A DNA stretch of 64,000 bases from Planctomycetota bacterium (GTDB lineage Bacteria > Planctomycetota > UBA1135 > UBA2386), in NCBI GenBank assembly GCA_046290465.1, contig JBKAGP010000001.1:4128001-4192000 (forward strand), in the 5' to 3' direction. Made by a program: the position numbers and the translations under genes. Under the pieces are notes generated by a model. It did not search any database. It was not told where the DNA came from and worked only from the letters and a program-made list of their open reading frames with translations. This document shows positions 29,983-39,077 of this stretch, piece by piece. Position 1 is the stretch's first letter. Each line of letters starts with the position of its first letter.

Positions 29983-31041
29983 TCAGCGCGCGATCACGAG
30001 CCGTAGCCGTTCGCCGTCCGCGTCGACGTCGGTCGAGGTCGCGATCGCCCCACCGTGCTCCGGATGCGACACCCGGACCACGAACGGATCGCCCGCCGGC
30101 ACCCGCACCAGCCGTTCGCCGTTCGCCCCGGTCCTGGCGACGAACATCGACGAGGCGCGGTCGGCCGCGAGCTGCCGCCAATCGGTCACGGCCAGCGTGT
30201 CGGCCGAGCACGCGAGACCGGGCGGCAGCGCGAGCACTTCGACCTCGGCCGAGGTGACGGGCGTTCCCTCGACGTCCACCACCGCGACCGCGAGTTCGCG
30301 CCAAGGTCGCAGCTCGCAACGGACCACCTGCGGACGGGTCGCGTCGAGCCGGACCAGCTGCAGCGGCGACGGCGCGTAGCGGTCGTCGTCGGCGACGACA
30401 CGCAGCAGGGCGGGGTCCTCGATCGCCACGCGCGCCTCGGCCAGCGCGCCCGGATGGGGACCGTGGATCTGCACCGGATCGGCGCGCAACGACGGATCGG
30501 CTGCACCGACGAGCTGCACGGTGAAGCCCTCGATCGGCTCGCGCGAGGCGGCGTCGACCACCTGCACCGCGACCAACCCGGCGACCGACAACGTCACCCG
30601 ATGGCCCGCGGTGCCCCATGCGGCGCGGGTCCGCGCCGGCGACCGCCCTGCCGCGGTGACCAGCAACCGGGCCTCCGCGATGCGGCGATCCCGCTGTTCG
30701 AGCACGAATCCTCCGTCGGCGTCCGTGCGCGTGCGGCCGCCGTCCGCGCAGCGCACCACCGCGCCGCGCACCGGCTGGCCGCGCTCGTCCTCGACGAACC
30801 CGCGCACGAACTGGGGCGGCGCGATCGGCTCCTCCCGTTCGTTCCCCGGCGACCGCGATCCGACCTCGGCGTCGCCTTCGTCCGCTTGCGCGACATCAAG
30901 TGGCGCAACCTGAACCGGGTTCGGTATGCGGCACTTGTCGGCGGGGTCGGGGAGCTGGGTCGTTGCCGATCGGGACAGCAGCCAGATGGCCGCGACGATC
31001 GCGGCCGCGACTCCGAGCAGCGCGAGCAGGCTGCGCGGCAC
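29983..31041 (-). CDS. Membrane-anchored carboxypeptidase-regulatory-like (beta-sandwich) repeat protein
   Basis: N-terminal [34 protein letters not shown]. Confidence 0.7.
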   Translation of the reverse strand: MPRSLLALLGVAAAIVAAIWLLSRSATTQLPDPADKCRIPNPVQVAPLDVAQADEGDAEVGSRSPGNEREEPIAPPQFVRGFVEDERGQPVRGAVVRCADGGRTRTDADGGFVLEQRDRRIAEARLLVTAAGRSPARTRAAWGTAGHRVTLSVAGLVAVQVVDAASREPIEGFTVQLVGAADPSLRADPVQIHGPHPGALAEARVAIEDPALLRVVADDDRYAPSPLQLVRLDATRPQVVRCELRPWRELAVAVVDVEGTPVTSAEVEVLALPPGLACSADTLAVTDWRQLAADRASSMFVARTGANGERLVRVPAGDPFVVRVSHPEHGGAIATSTDVDADGERLRLVIAR

Positions 31042-31046
31042 GCCGA

Positions 31047-31262
31047 CTAGAACAGCGTGTAGATGAACGGCGCCACGCCGGTCGCGCCGAGCACGAGCAG
31101 CACGCCGAGCAGGCCGAACACGACCAGGATCGGCGTCAGCCACCACATCTTGTTCTCGGCCATGAACATCACGAACTCGCTGACCAGGCCGCGCTCCTCC
31201 TCCTGAGCCGCCTGCAGGAAGTCGTCGTTCTTGTGGTTCTCTTCGTTCGCGTGCTCGGTCAT
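31047..31262 (-). CDS. DUF5989 / SxtK-like small membrane protein
   Basis: ENKMWWLTPILVV..APFIYTLF; GAGGA RBS. Confidence 0.88.
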   Translation of the reverse strand: MTEHANEENHKNDDFLQAAQEEERGLVSEFVMFMAENKMWWLTPILVVFGLLGVLLVLGATGVAPFIYTLF

Positions 31263-31294
31263 GTCAGCAGGTCCTCAGGTGTCGCGGGCTGAGC

Positions 31295-31300
31295 AGTATA
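31295..31300 (-). promoter_or_regulatory. Possible -10 element (TATACT) for the DUF5989 gene
   Basis: GGCTATACT about 33 nt upstream of the ATG; no clear -35. Confidence 0.3.
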
Positions 31301-31684
31301 GCCGTCGGATCCGACGCCACGGGATGAGAAGCCCGCATCGGGACCTCGCCGGCAGCGGTCCGTCGGGCCGAGAGCGCCAGGCCGCGATGCGACGGACGAT
31401 CCATGGGCGAGCAACCTCGCGCCCGATCCCGTCGCGTGGTTTCGTCCATGCGCAATCTCCGTCGATTGCTGGCCACCCGCGCATCAGGGAGACCACCTGG
31501 ATTTCCTGTGTAGGGGTTGCCGGGCTCGGTAGACAGTACGAGCAAAAGGCGTAATGCCTTGGCGGACACCCCCTTGCGGATAAAACATCCGGTGTAGGAT
31601 GATGAAACAGGCCTGTGCGTCCCGCCTAGTGCCGACGCAGAGTCATTATCCCTGCAGTTACTCCTCCTCTTAATTAGAGAATCC

Positions 31685-33250
31685 ATGCGCAATCCTAGTC
31701 TGTTTGCGATGGCCGCCCTGGCCATCAGTGCGACGGCGTTCGCCCAGTCGCCGCTCACCACCACGTTCGCGGCCGGGAACGGCCAGAACGGCAACATGTT
31801 CGACATCGTTGCCCTCAACCCGTCGGGCGTGACGATCGACTACTTCGACGTGCACGTCGGCACCGGCACCTTCGACTTCGAGGTCTACAAGCTGACCACG
31901 CCGGGTCCGTACCTGCCGTCGGTCAGCACGGCTGCCGACTGGACCCTAGTCGGCTCGGTCACGGGCGTCGAAGGTCAGGGCAACGGCAACCCGACCCAGC
32001 TGCCGATCCCGGTCTGTGAGTTCATCCCTGCCGGCGCGACGCAGTCGTTCTACGTCACCACGACGAACGGCGGCATCATGAACTACACCAACGGCTCGAC
32101 CACGGGCGTGGTGTTCGCCTCCAACGCCGACCTCGAGTTCCTCGAGGGCGCTGGCGTCGCCTACCCGTTCGCGTCGAACTTCAACCCGCGCGTCTTCAAC
32201 GGCAACATCTACTACAACGTCGGCAACGACCCGGCGGCCTGCACCAACGCGTTCCCGAGCAAGGAACTGTTCGGCACCGGCTGCTACGAGTCGGCCGCCT
32301 CGTTCTACGAGGTCATGGACGCGGCCAGCATGGACCTGGGCGGCGTCGCCGTCATCGGCACCAACAACGGCAACGGCTACGACATCACGACGGCTCCGTC
32401 GTCGATCGCGGCGCTCGGCCCGGGCGCGGTCAACACCAACCTCGGTGACGACGCGTCGGTCGACACCGCCACCATCGGCGGCACGCTCGGCATCCACGTC
32501 GGCTCGAACGGCTGGGTCGCCCTCGGCGGCGGCAACAGCACCGGCTTCGCGCCGGACGTCGCCACGATGCTCAGCAACCCGGCCACCGGCCTCTACGCCT
32601 GGACCGACATGCAGCCGCTGAGCGGCGGCGGCACCAACGGCGACATCTGGTACGAGGAGAGCGGCTCGGTCGCGACGATCACGTTCGACAACGTCGACGG
32701 CTGGAACACCGGCCTCCCGAACACCATCCAGTTCACCTGGGACACGGCCACGGGCGACTTCGTGATCGCGTTCGGCGTGGTCAGCACCGGCAACCCGGAA
32801 GACTGGCTGATCGGCTACTCGCAGGGTGGCGCCAGCGTCGACGGCGGCCCGACCGACCTCTCGGCCGGCCCGTTCTCGGTCGCCGCGACCGATGGCCCGG
32901 CGCTCGCGCTGGACAGCTCGGTCCCGATCCTGGGCTCGATCTGGAGCCTGCAGCTCGACAACATCGACCCGGCCTCGCCGTTCGCCGTCTTCGGCTTCGG
33001 TGACGCGGCGATCGATCCGGGCTTCGACCTGACGCCGCTGGGCGGCCCGGGCTGCTTCCTCTACATGAACGGCAACCTCGGCTTCTTCATCCAGCCGCAG
33101 ATGGCCGGCTCGAGCTCGATCAACGTGCTCCTGCCGAACATCTCGTCGCTGCTGGGCGCGTTCGCCGCGGCCCAGGGCGCCGGCTTCACGTCGCAGAACG
33201 CCCTGACGTTCGCGACGTCGAACGGCCTGCGCGTCACGGTCGGCAACTAA
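31685..33250 (+). CDS. Secreted G/N/T-rich beta protein (nidogen-like middle part) with a shared C-terminal domain
   Basis: Signal peptide AFA|QS; SNGWV, WTDM, NTIQ motifs; C-terminal PGC..LPN..Q..SNG. Confidence 0.7.
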   Translation: MRNPSLFAMAALAISATAFAQSPLTTTFAAGNGQNGNMFDIVALNPSGVTIDYFDVHVGTGTFDFEVYKLTTPGPYLPSVSTAADWTLVGSVTGVEGQGNGNPTQLPIPVCEFIPAGATQSFYVTTTNGGIMNYTNGSTTGVVFASNADLEFLEGAGVAYPFASNFNPRVFNGNIYYNVGNDPAACTNAFPSKELFGTGCYESAASFYEVMDAASMDLGGVAVIGTNNGNGYDITTAPSSIAALGPGAVNTNLGDDASVDTATIGGTLGIHVGSNGWVALGGGNSTGFAPDVATMLSNPATGLYAWTDMQPLSGGGTNGDIWYEESGSVATITFDNVDGWNTGLPNTIQFTWDTATGDFVIAFGVVSTGNPEDWLIGYSQGGASVDGGPTDLSAGPFSVAATDGPALALDSSVPILGSIWSLQLDNIDPASPFAVFGFGDAAIDPGFDLTPLGGPGCFLYMNGNLGFFIQPQMAGSSSINVLLPNISSLLGAFAAAQGAGFTSQNALTFATSNGLRVTVGN

Positions 33251-33294
33251 GCTGCTCGTGACCGAGCTCCGGCATCCCGCCGGAGGCCTCTGCG

Positions 33295-33335
33295 AAACGG
33301 CGCCGCTCCTTCGGGGCGGCGCCGTTTTGCGTTTT
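33295..33335 (+). terminator. Intrinsic terminator
   Basis: AAACGGCGCCGCTCC-TTCG-GGGCGGCGCCGTTT followed by TGCGTTTT. Confidence 0.85.
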
Positions 33336-33437
33336 GCGGCCGCGACCCGCCAGAAAACCATGTCGCAAGCCTGGGCCATCTGACGGATGTGCGTGCACCT
33401 CGTCGAGCCATCCTTCGACGGGTCCAACACGAACATC

Positions 33438-34493
33438 ATGGTCATCCGGTCCGTTCTCGCGCGCGCGCTCCCGTCGGCGCTTCTCGTCACCTCCTCCCTC
33501 TGCGCGCAGTGCCCTCCGATGTGGCAACCGCTCGGCAGCGGCCTCGACGGCAACGCCATCGGGCTCACCGTCGCAGGCGCCGACGTCATCGCCGCAGGCT
33601 CGTTCTCGTTCGCGGGTGGCAACCCCGCCAACCGCGTCGCGAGCTGGGGCGGCACGACCTGGCAGCCGCTCGGCTCGGGAACCAACGGCAACGTCTACGA
33701 AGCCGCGACGACGGCGACCGGCGACCCCGTGATCGCGGGCGGTTTCACGACGGCCGGAAGCAACACCGTCAACCACATCGCACGCTGGGACGGCAGCAGC
33801 TGGCACCCGCTCGGAGCCGGCGTCGACGGCAACGTCGAGAGCCTCACCCAGCTCGCCAACGGCGACCTGATCGTCGGCGGCACGCTCGCCAATGCCGGCG
33901 GCATCCCGTCACCCAACGTGGCTCGCTGGAACGGCTCCAAATGGTCGGCCGTCGGCGACGGCGTCGACGACGCGGTCATGACGCTGGCCTCCCGCTACGA
34001 CGGCACGATCGTGATCGGCGGCAACTTCACGGCGTCCGGCGACGTCGCGGCGCCCTACATCGCCAGCCTCGAGCCCGGTTGCCCCCCTACCAGCACCGTG
34101 CTGCCGACGAGCTGCATCGGCCCCAACGGTCCGATGACCATGACCGCGACGGCGGCCTGGGCCGGCTCGACCTACCGCGCCACCTGCACCGGCTACGGCG
34201 CGTCCTCGATCGCGGTCTCGGCGATCGGCTTCGGCCCGGCGTCGATGCCGCTGCCGCTGGGCCTCGTGTTCCCCACGGCGCTGCCCGGCTGCAGCCTGCT
34301 GGCCCCGACTCAGGTGATCGACGTCAGCCTGCCCGTCGCCGGCATCGCGAGCTACGCGCTGCCGCTGCCCAACGTGCCGACGCTCACCGGCGCACAGCTG
34401 ACGCAGCAGTTCACGCAACTGGAGCTGGGGGCATCCGGGTTCGCCTCGGTCAGCGTCTCGAACGGCATCACGTTCTCGATCGGCAGCTACTGA
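33438..34493 (+). CDS. Secreted beta-propeller-like repeat protein (WxPLGxG / ARWDG repeats) with the same C-terminal domain
   Basis: Signal peptide LCA|QC; four repeats of W.PLG.G.dG.V....GG.F; C-terminal PGC..LPN..QQ..SNG. Confidence 0.75.
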   Translation: MVIRSVLARALPSALLVTSSLCAQCPPMWQPLGSGLDGNAIGLTVAGADVIAAGSFSFAGGNPANRVASWGGTTWQPLGSGTNGNVYEAATTATGDPVIAGGFTTAGSNTVNHIARWDGSSWHPLGAGVDGNVESLTQLANGDLIVGGTLANAGGIPSPNVARWNGSKWSAVGDGVDDAVMTLASRYDGTIVIGGNFTASGDVAAPYIASLEPGCPPTSTVLPTSCIGPNGPMTMTATAAWAGSTYRATCTGYGASSIAVSAIGFGPASMPLPLGLVFPTALPGCSLLAPTQVIDVSLPVAGIASYALPLPNVPTLTGAQLTQQFTQLELGASGFASVSVSNGITFSIGSY

Positions 34494-34575
34494 CGGCCCG
34501 GGCGGGCAGAGCCGCCAGGCGGCAGAGCGAGCAGGGCGGCCGGCATCGGCCGGGCGCCCCTGCTCGACGCACGCT

Positions 34576-35001
34576 TCAGTAGAGCTTGAAGTAGCTCGAC
34601 GCCGGCCGATCGCCGCTGCGCTCGTGCCAGTAGCTCTTCGTGTTCGGGTCGAGCTTCTTGCCGATCACGTCGCGGCCCATCAGCCGGAAGACCAGCGCGA
34701 TCGGCGTCAACACCAGGTAGTAGACCAGCGCGATCAGCACGTGCGAGATCACGAAGCCGATCGGCACGAACAGGATCGACAGGCCGAGGAACAGCGCGCG
34801 CGACAGCACGCGCACGCCGATCAGGTAGAGGCCGAGCTGCGACACGCCGACGGCGGCCGCGGCGAGGAACACCGGGTGCGCCCACTCGAACGTCGTCACC
34901 AGCCGCAGCACGAACCACGCCAGCAGCGGCAGGCCGAGCACGGCGAAGAACGCGAACTGCCGGACGATGCGCTCTTCGGGCTTGAGGTCGAGCTTGATCA
35001 T
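34576..35001 (-). CDS. SxtJ-family membrane protein
   Basis: RQF, two to three TMs, PIG..IS..L...YY..LTPI...RL.GRD, SYW; directly downstream of the carbamoyltransferase. Confidence 0.85.
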   Translation of the reverse strand: MIKLDLKPEERIVRQFAFFAVLGLPLLAWFVLRLVTTFEWAHPVFLAAAAVGVSQLGLYLIGVRVLSRALFLGLSILFVPIGFVISHVLIALVYYLVLTPIALVFRLMGRDVIGKKLDPNTKSYWHERSGDRPASSYFKLY

Positions 35002-35011
35002 GGTCGTGCGG

Positions 35012-36841
35012 CTAGTCGAGGGCGAAGGCGGACAGGTACTTCTCGCGGTCGACCTCGGGCATGTCCTTCTGGTCGACGCGGCGGATGACGAAGTTCTCGA
35101 GCACGAGCACGTCCATCTCGGTGCCCATGAAGCAGCGCAGCGCGTCCTCGGGCGTGCAGACGATCGGCTCGCCACGCACGTTGAAGCTGGTGTTGATCAG
35201 CACCGGGCTGCCGGTGCGCGCGTGGAACGCGCGCATCATCGAGGCGAGGCGCGGATTGCGTTCACCGTCGACGGTCTGCAGGCGCGCCGAGTAGTCGACG
35301 TGCGTGACCGCCGGAATCACCGAACGGTTCTGCTTGAGCTTGTCGAGGCCGAACAGGCCCTGGTCGACGTCCTTGCGCTTGTCCTGCTTGACCGGCGCGA
35401 CGATCAGCATGTAGGGGCTGTCGTGGCGCTCCTCGATGTCGAAGTACTCGGACGCGTGTTCGCGCAGCACGATCGGCGCGAACGGCCGGAACGACTCGCG
35501 GAACTTGATCTTCAGGTTCATCACCGACTGCATCTTCGGCGAGCGTGCGTCGCCGATGATGCTGCGCGAACCGAGCGCGCGCGGGCCGAACTCCATCGGG
35601 CCCTGGAACCAACCGATCACGTTCTCCTGCTCGATCAATTCGGCGACGCGGTCCGACAGGCCCTGCTCGTCGTGCCGCTCGTAGACGACGTTCTGCGCGT
35701 CGAGGAACGACTGGATGTCCTCGGACTCGTACTTCGGCCCCAGCAAGCTGCCGCGCTGCGAGTCCGCCGGCATCACCGTGCGCGGCTCGCCGAGCAGGTT
35801 GTGCCAGACGAACTGCGCGGCGCCGAGCGCGCCGCCCGCGTCGCCGGCGGCCGGCTGGATCCAGATCTTGTCGAACGGTCCCTCGCGCAGGATCACGCCG
35901 TTGCCGACGCAGTTGAGCGCGACGCCGCCGGCCAGGCACAGGTTGTCCTTGCCGGTCACTTCCTTGGCGTAGCGCGCGGTCTTGAGCATGACCTCCTCGG
36001 TCACCTGCTGGATCGACGCGGCGACGTCCATCTGGAACTGCGTCAGGTCGGTCTCCGGCGACCGCACCGGCTGCCCGAACAGCGACGCGAACCGGTCGTT
36101 CGTCATCGTCAGCCCCTGGCAGTAGTTGAAGTAGCTGAGGTCGAGGCGGTAGCTGCCGTCCTCGCGCAGGTCGATCAGGTGCTTGCGGATGAGGTCCGCG
36201 TACTTCGGCTCGCCATAGGGCGCCAGGCCCATCAGCTTGTACTCGCCGCTGTTGACCTTGAAGCCGCAGTAGTAGGTGAACGCCGAGTAGAGCAGGCCGA
36301 GCGAGTGCGGGAAGCGGATCTCGCGGATCAGCTTGACCTTGTTGCCCTCGCCGACGCCGATCGACGTCGTCGCCCACTCGCCGACGCCGTCCATCGTGAC
36401 GATCGCCGCCTCCTCGAACGGCGACGGATAGAACGCCGACGCCGCGTGGCTCTCGTGGTGCTCGGGGAAGACGTAGCGGTTCTTCGGCTTGCAGCCGAGC
36501 GCGCGCGTCATCTTGCCCTTCATGTGCAGCTTCTCGCCGAGCCACGTCGGGATCGCCTTGCGGAACGACTGCAGGCCGACCGGCGCGAACGCGAGGTAGG
36601 TCTCGAGCAGCCGGTGGAACTTGAGGATCGGCTTGTCATAGAACGCGACGAAGTCGACGTCCTCGGCCGTGATGCCGGCCTGCGCGAAGCAGAACTCGAC
36701 CGCCTTCTTGGGGAAGTCCGGGTCGTGCTTCCTGCGCGTGAAGCGCTCCTCCTGGGCGGCTGCGACGATCTCGCCGTCGCGCAGCAGCGCCGCGGCCGAG
36801 TCGTGGTAGAAGGCGGAGATCCCGAGGATGTACTTCGGCAT
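35012..36841 (-). CDS. O-carbamoyltransferase (CmcH/NodU/TobZ family, SxtI-like)
   Basis: ILGISAFYHDSAA, QEERFTRRKH, HHESHAAS, DGVGE, GEYKLMGLAPYG, AGGVALNC, EFGPRALG.RS, KFRESFRPFAP, NTSFNVRGEP. Confidence 0.96.
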   Translation of the reverse strand: MPKYILGISAFYHDSAAALLRDGEIVAAAQEERFTRRKHDPDFPKKAVEFCFAQAGITAEDVDFVAFYDKPILKFHRLLETYLAFAPVGLQSFRKAIPTWLGEKLHMKGKMTRALGCKPKNRYVFPEHHESHAASAFYPSPFEEAAIVTMDGVGEWATTSIGVGEGNKVKLIREIRFPHSLGLLYSAFTYYCGFKVNSGEYKLMGLAPYGEPKYADLIRKHLIDLREDGSYRLDLSYFNYCQGLTMTNDRFASLFGQPVRSPETDLTQFQMDVAASIQQVTEEVMLKTARYAKEVTGKDNLCLAGGVALNCVGNGVILREGPFDKIWIQPAAGDAGGALGAAQFVWHNLLGEPRTVMPADSQRGSLLGPKYESEDIQSFLDAQNVVYERHDEQGLSDRVAELIEQENVIGWFQGPMEFGPRALGSRSIIGDARSPKMQSVMNLKIKFRESFRPFAPIVLREHASEYFDIEERHDSPYMLIVAPVKQDKRKDVDQGLFGLDKLKQNRSVIPAVTHVDYSARLQTVDGERNPRLASMMRAFHARTGSPVLINTSFNVRGEPIVCTPEDALRCFMGTEMDVLVLENFVIRRVDQKDMPEVDREKYLSAFALD

Positions 36842-36945
36842 GGCAGAAGGGCAGGCGAGCGCCGGCGTGTCCATGCTGCCGGATCGCCAGAAGGGTACCA
36901 CGTGAAAATCGCCCCCAGGTGAGAACGAGCCGGTACGCTTCGGCC

Positions 36946-38115
36946 ATGGCTTCGAACGCCCGCAAGCCCCGTGCTCTGGTGCTGCTGCTCGCAGCGGGCA
37001 TCGCCACGCTGGTCGCGCTCGGTCTGGCCGAGCTCACCGTGCGCATGTTCGCGTCGAAGCCGCGCGTGCTCGGTGCCATCGCGTTCCAGACCGAGGACGG
37101 CACGCCGGTGGCGGACCTCGCCGAGGCCGCCGCCAAGGGCCTGGTCGTGCAGGTGCCGGGCAAGGTCCCGGAGCAGAAGCCGCGCCGGCGGTACATGTTC
37201 AAGCCGGGCACGAGCTTCTACATCACCTACGCCGACCAGGAGGTGCTGCAGCGCGACTGGCTCGACGACCAGGGCCGCGTGCTCAACCGGATCAACTCTC
37301 TCGGCGTGCGCGAACGGGAGGAGCTGGTCGCTGACAAGCCCGAGGGCCAGCGACGGCTGGTCTGCATCGGCGACTCGTTCACGTTCGGCTGGGGCATCCC
37401 CGAGGAGCAGAACTGGGTCCGTCTGCTCGAGCGCGAACTGCGCGCGGGCGGCGACGACATCCGCACCGTCAACTGCGGTGCGTCGGGCACGGTCGTCATC
37501 GACGAGTACGTCAACGGCCTGCAGCGACGCTTCCACCGCTTCGACCCCGACGCCGTGGTGCTGACCATCTGCCTCAACGATCTGGTCGGCAGCGATGGCC
37601 TGATGGTGTTCGGTCCGCCGATCGACACCGGCTCCGCGCTGCTGGACCTGTGCGTGGGGGCGATCGGGCACAGCCCGCTCGACCTGTCTCCCGACCGGGA
37701 CTGGATCGCCGACCTGCTCGCGATGCCGCAGGTCTACCCGGACGGCACCCCCAACCCGCGCTTCGGACCGGACAAGCCGTACGACGCGATGTGGGCACAA
37801 GGCACCCCGCAGAAAGCACTTCGGCAGGGAAAGGCGTGGTGCGACGAGCGTGGCATCCCGTTCCTGGTGGTGATCTGGCCGTTCTTGCAGGGGCTTGGCG
37901 AGGGCCGCCACTACCCGTTCCAGAAGCTGCACGACCTGGTCGCGGCGGACCTGGAGGAAGCGGGCATCCCGCTGCTCGACGTGACCCCGCAGCTGCGCGG
38001 CACCAACCACGAGGACCTGTGGGTCACGCCGGCCGACACGCACCCCAATCCGAAGGCCCAGCAGCTGGTGCTCCCCGCGATCACTGCGTTTGTGCGCGCG
38101 CAGACCGGCTGGTAG
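36946..38115 (+). CDS. Membrane-anchored SGNH/GDSL hydrolase-fold protein
   Basis: N-terminal TM; INSLGVR, GDSFTFG, NCGASG, CLND, DTHPN. Confidence 0.9.
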   Translation: MASNARKPRALVLLLAAGIATLVALGLAELTVRMFASKPRVLGAIAFQTEDGTPVADLAEAAAKGLVVQVPGKVPEQKPRRRYMFKPGTSFYITYADQEVLQRDWLDDQGRVLNRINSLGVREREELVADKPEGQRRLVCIGDSFTFGWGIPEEQNWVRLLERELRAGGDDIRTVNCGASGTVVIDEYVNGLQRRFHRFDPDAVVLTICLNDLVGSDGLMVFGPPIDTGSALLDLCVGAIGHSPLDLSPDRDWIADLLAMPQVYPDGTPNPRFGPDKPYDAMWAQGTPQKALRQGKAWCDERGIPFLVVIWPFLQGLGEGRHYPFQKLHDLVAADLEEAGIPLLDVTPQLRGTNHEDLWVTPADTHPNPKAQQLVLPAITAFVRAQTGW

Positions 38116-38402
38116 ACCCGCCGGATCGCCCTAAACCGCTGTACGTCGTTTGCGTCCGGCGTGTTAGCACCCTTCAAGGGGAATCTGCGAAGTCTGAAAT
38201 TGACCCCGCCGGAGCGATCTTTTACAGGGGTTGGCCTTTCGGGCTGACTGCACGTGCCCCTGTGCTCCCCCGCTGCGCGACCAACCGGTTAACGGTCGCT
38301 CGGTGACCGATCGCAGGGCGGCCCCACGTGCGCCCACCAGGGCGTTCGCGCGCCTGACTTTCCTGCGACCGCAATTCTGTCCCCACCGCGGAGGGGATTA
38401 CC

Positions 38403-39077
38403 TTGACCGTACTGTTCCCCAAGTGGACCAACAAAGTCCCGGCCATGCTGGCGCTCGGCGCTGCCATGACCGGACTCGTCGTGGTCCTCGTCGTTTCCTT
38501 CTGGTTCTCGCCGAAGCACACGGACGTCGGGTATCAGCCCTACCAGCCGATCCCGTACAGCCACAAGCTGCACGCCGGCTCGTTCGGCATGGACTGCCGC
38601 TACTGCCACCGCACCGTCGAGGAGAGCGCGACCGCCTCGATCCCGGACGCGGACACCTGCTACGGCTGCCACAAGCACGTCAAGAAGGACAGCGTCAAGC
38701 TGCAGCCGCTGCGCGACGCGTTCAGCGATGAGAAGCAGAACACGCCGATCGAGTGGGTGAAGGTCCACCTGCTGCCGGAGTACGCGTACTTCAACCACGC
38801 GGTCCACATGCGCGCCAACGTCGGCTGCAAGAGCTGCCACGGCCGCGTCGACCAGATGGAGGTCGTGCGCCAGGCCGAACCGCTGAGCATGGGCTGGTGC
38901 CTCGAGTGCCACCGCGACGCCTCGTCGCACATCCGCCCGGCCGACGTCAAGGTCACCGACATGGAGTGGGAGCCGACCGAAGCGTCGATCGCCTCCGCCA
39001 AGAAGCTGCTCGAGTGGAACGGCAACACCCCGCCGAGCCTCAACCCGCCGACCCACTGCTCCGCGTGCCACCGATGA
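38403..39077 (+). CDS. actA: Alternative complex III pentaheme cytochrome c
   Basis: Five CxxCH motifs; QPIPYSHKLHAG; TTG start after GGAGG. Confidence 0.93.
   Translation: MTVLFPKWTNKVPAMLALGAAMTGLVVVLVVSFWFSPKHTDVGYQPYQPIPYSHKLHAGSFGMDCRYCHRTVEESATASIPDADTCYGCHKHVKKDSVKLQPLRDAFSDEKQNTPIEWVKVHLLPEYAYFNHAVHMRANVGCKSCHGRVDQMEVVRQAEPLSMGWCLECHRDASSHIRPADVKVTDMEWEPTEASIASAKKLLEWNGNTPPSLNPPTHCSACHR

Noticed and set aside
31047..36841. Saxitoxin biosynthesis (sxtI/J/K homologs)
   Set aside because: No sxtA, sxtG or other core genes are present; these three families occur widely outside toxin clusters.
36894..36909. Second parS-like site GGTACCACGTGAAAAT
   Set aside because: Only 12 of 16 positions match and both outer arms are broken.
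38200..38228. Sigma-70 promoter for the act operon (TTGACC-N17-TACAGG)
   Set aside because: The -10 element lacks the conserved final T; not supportable without TSS data.
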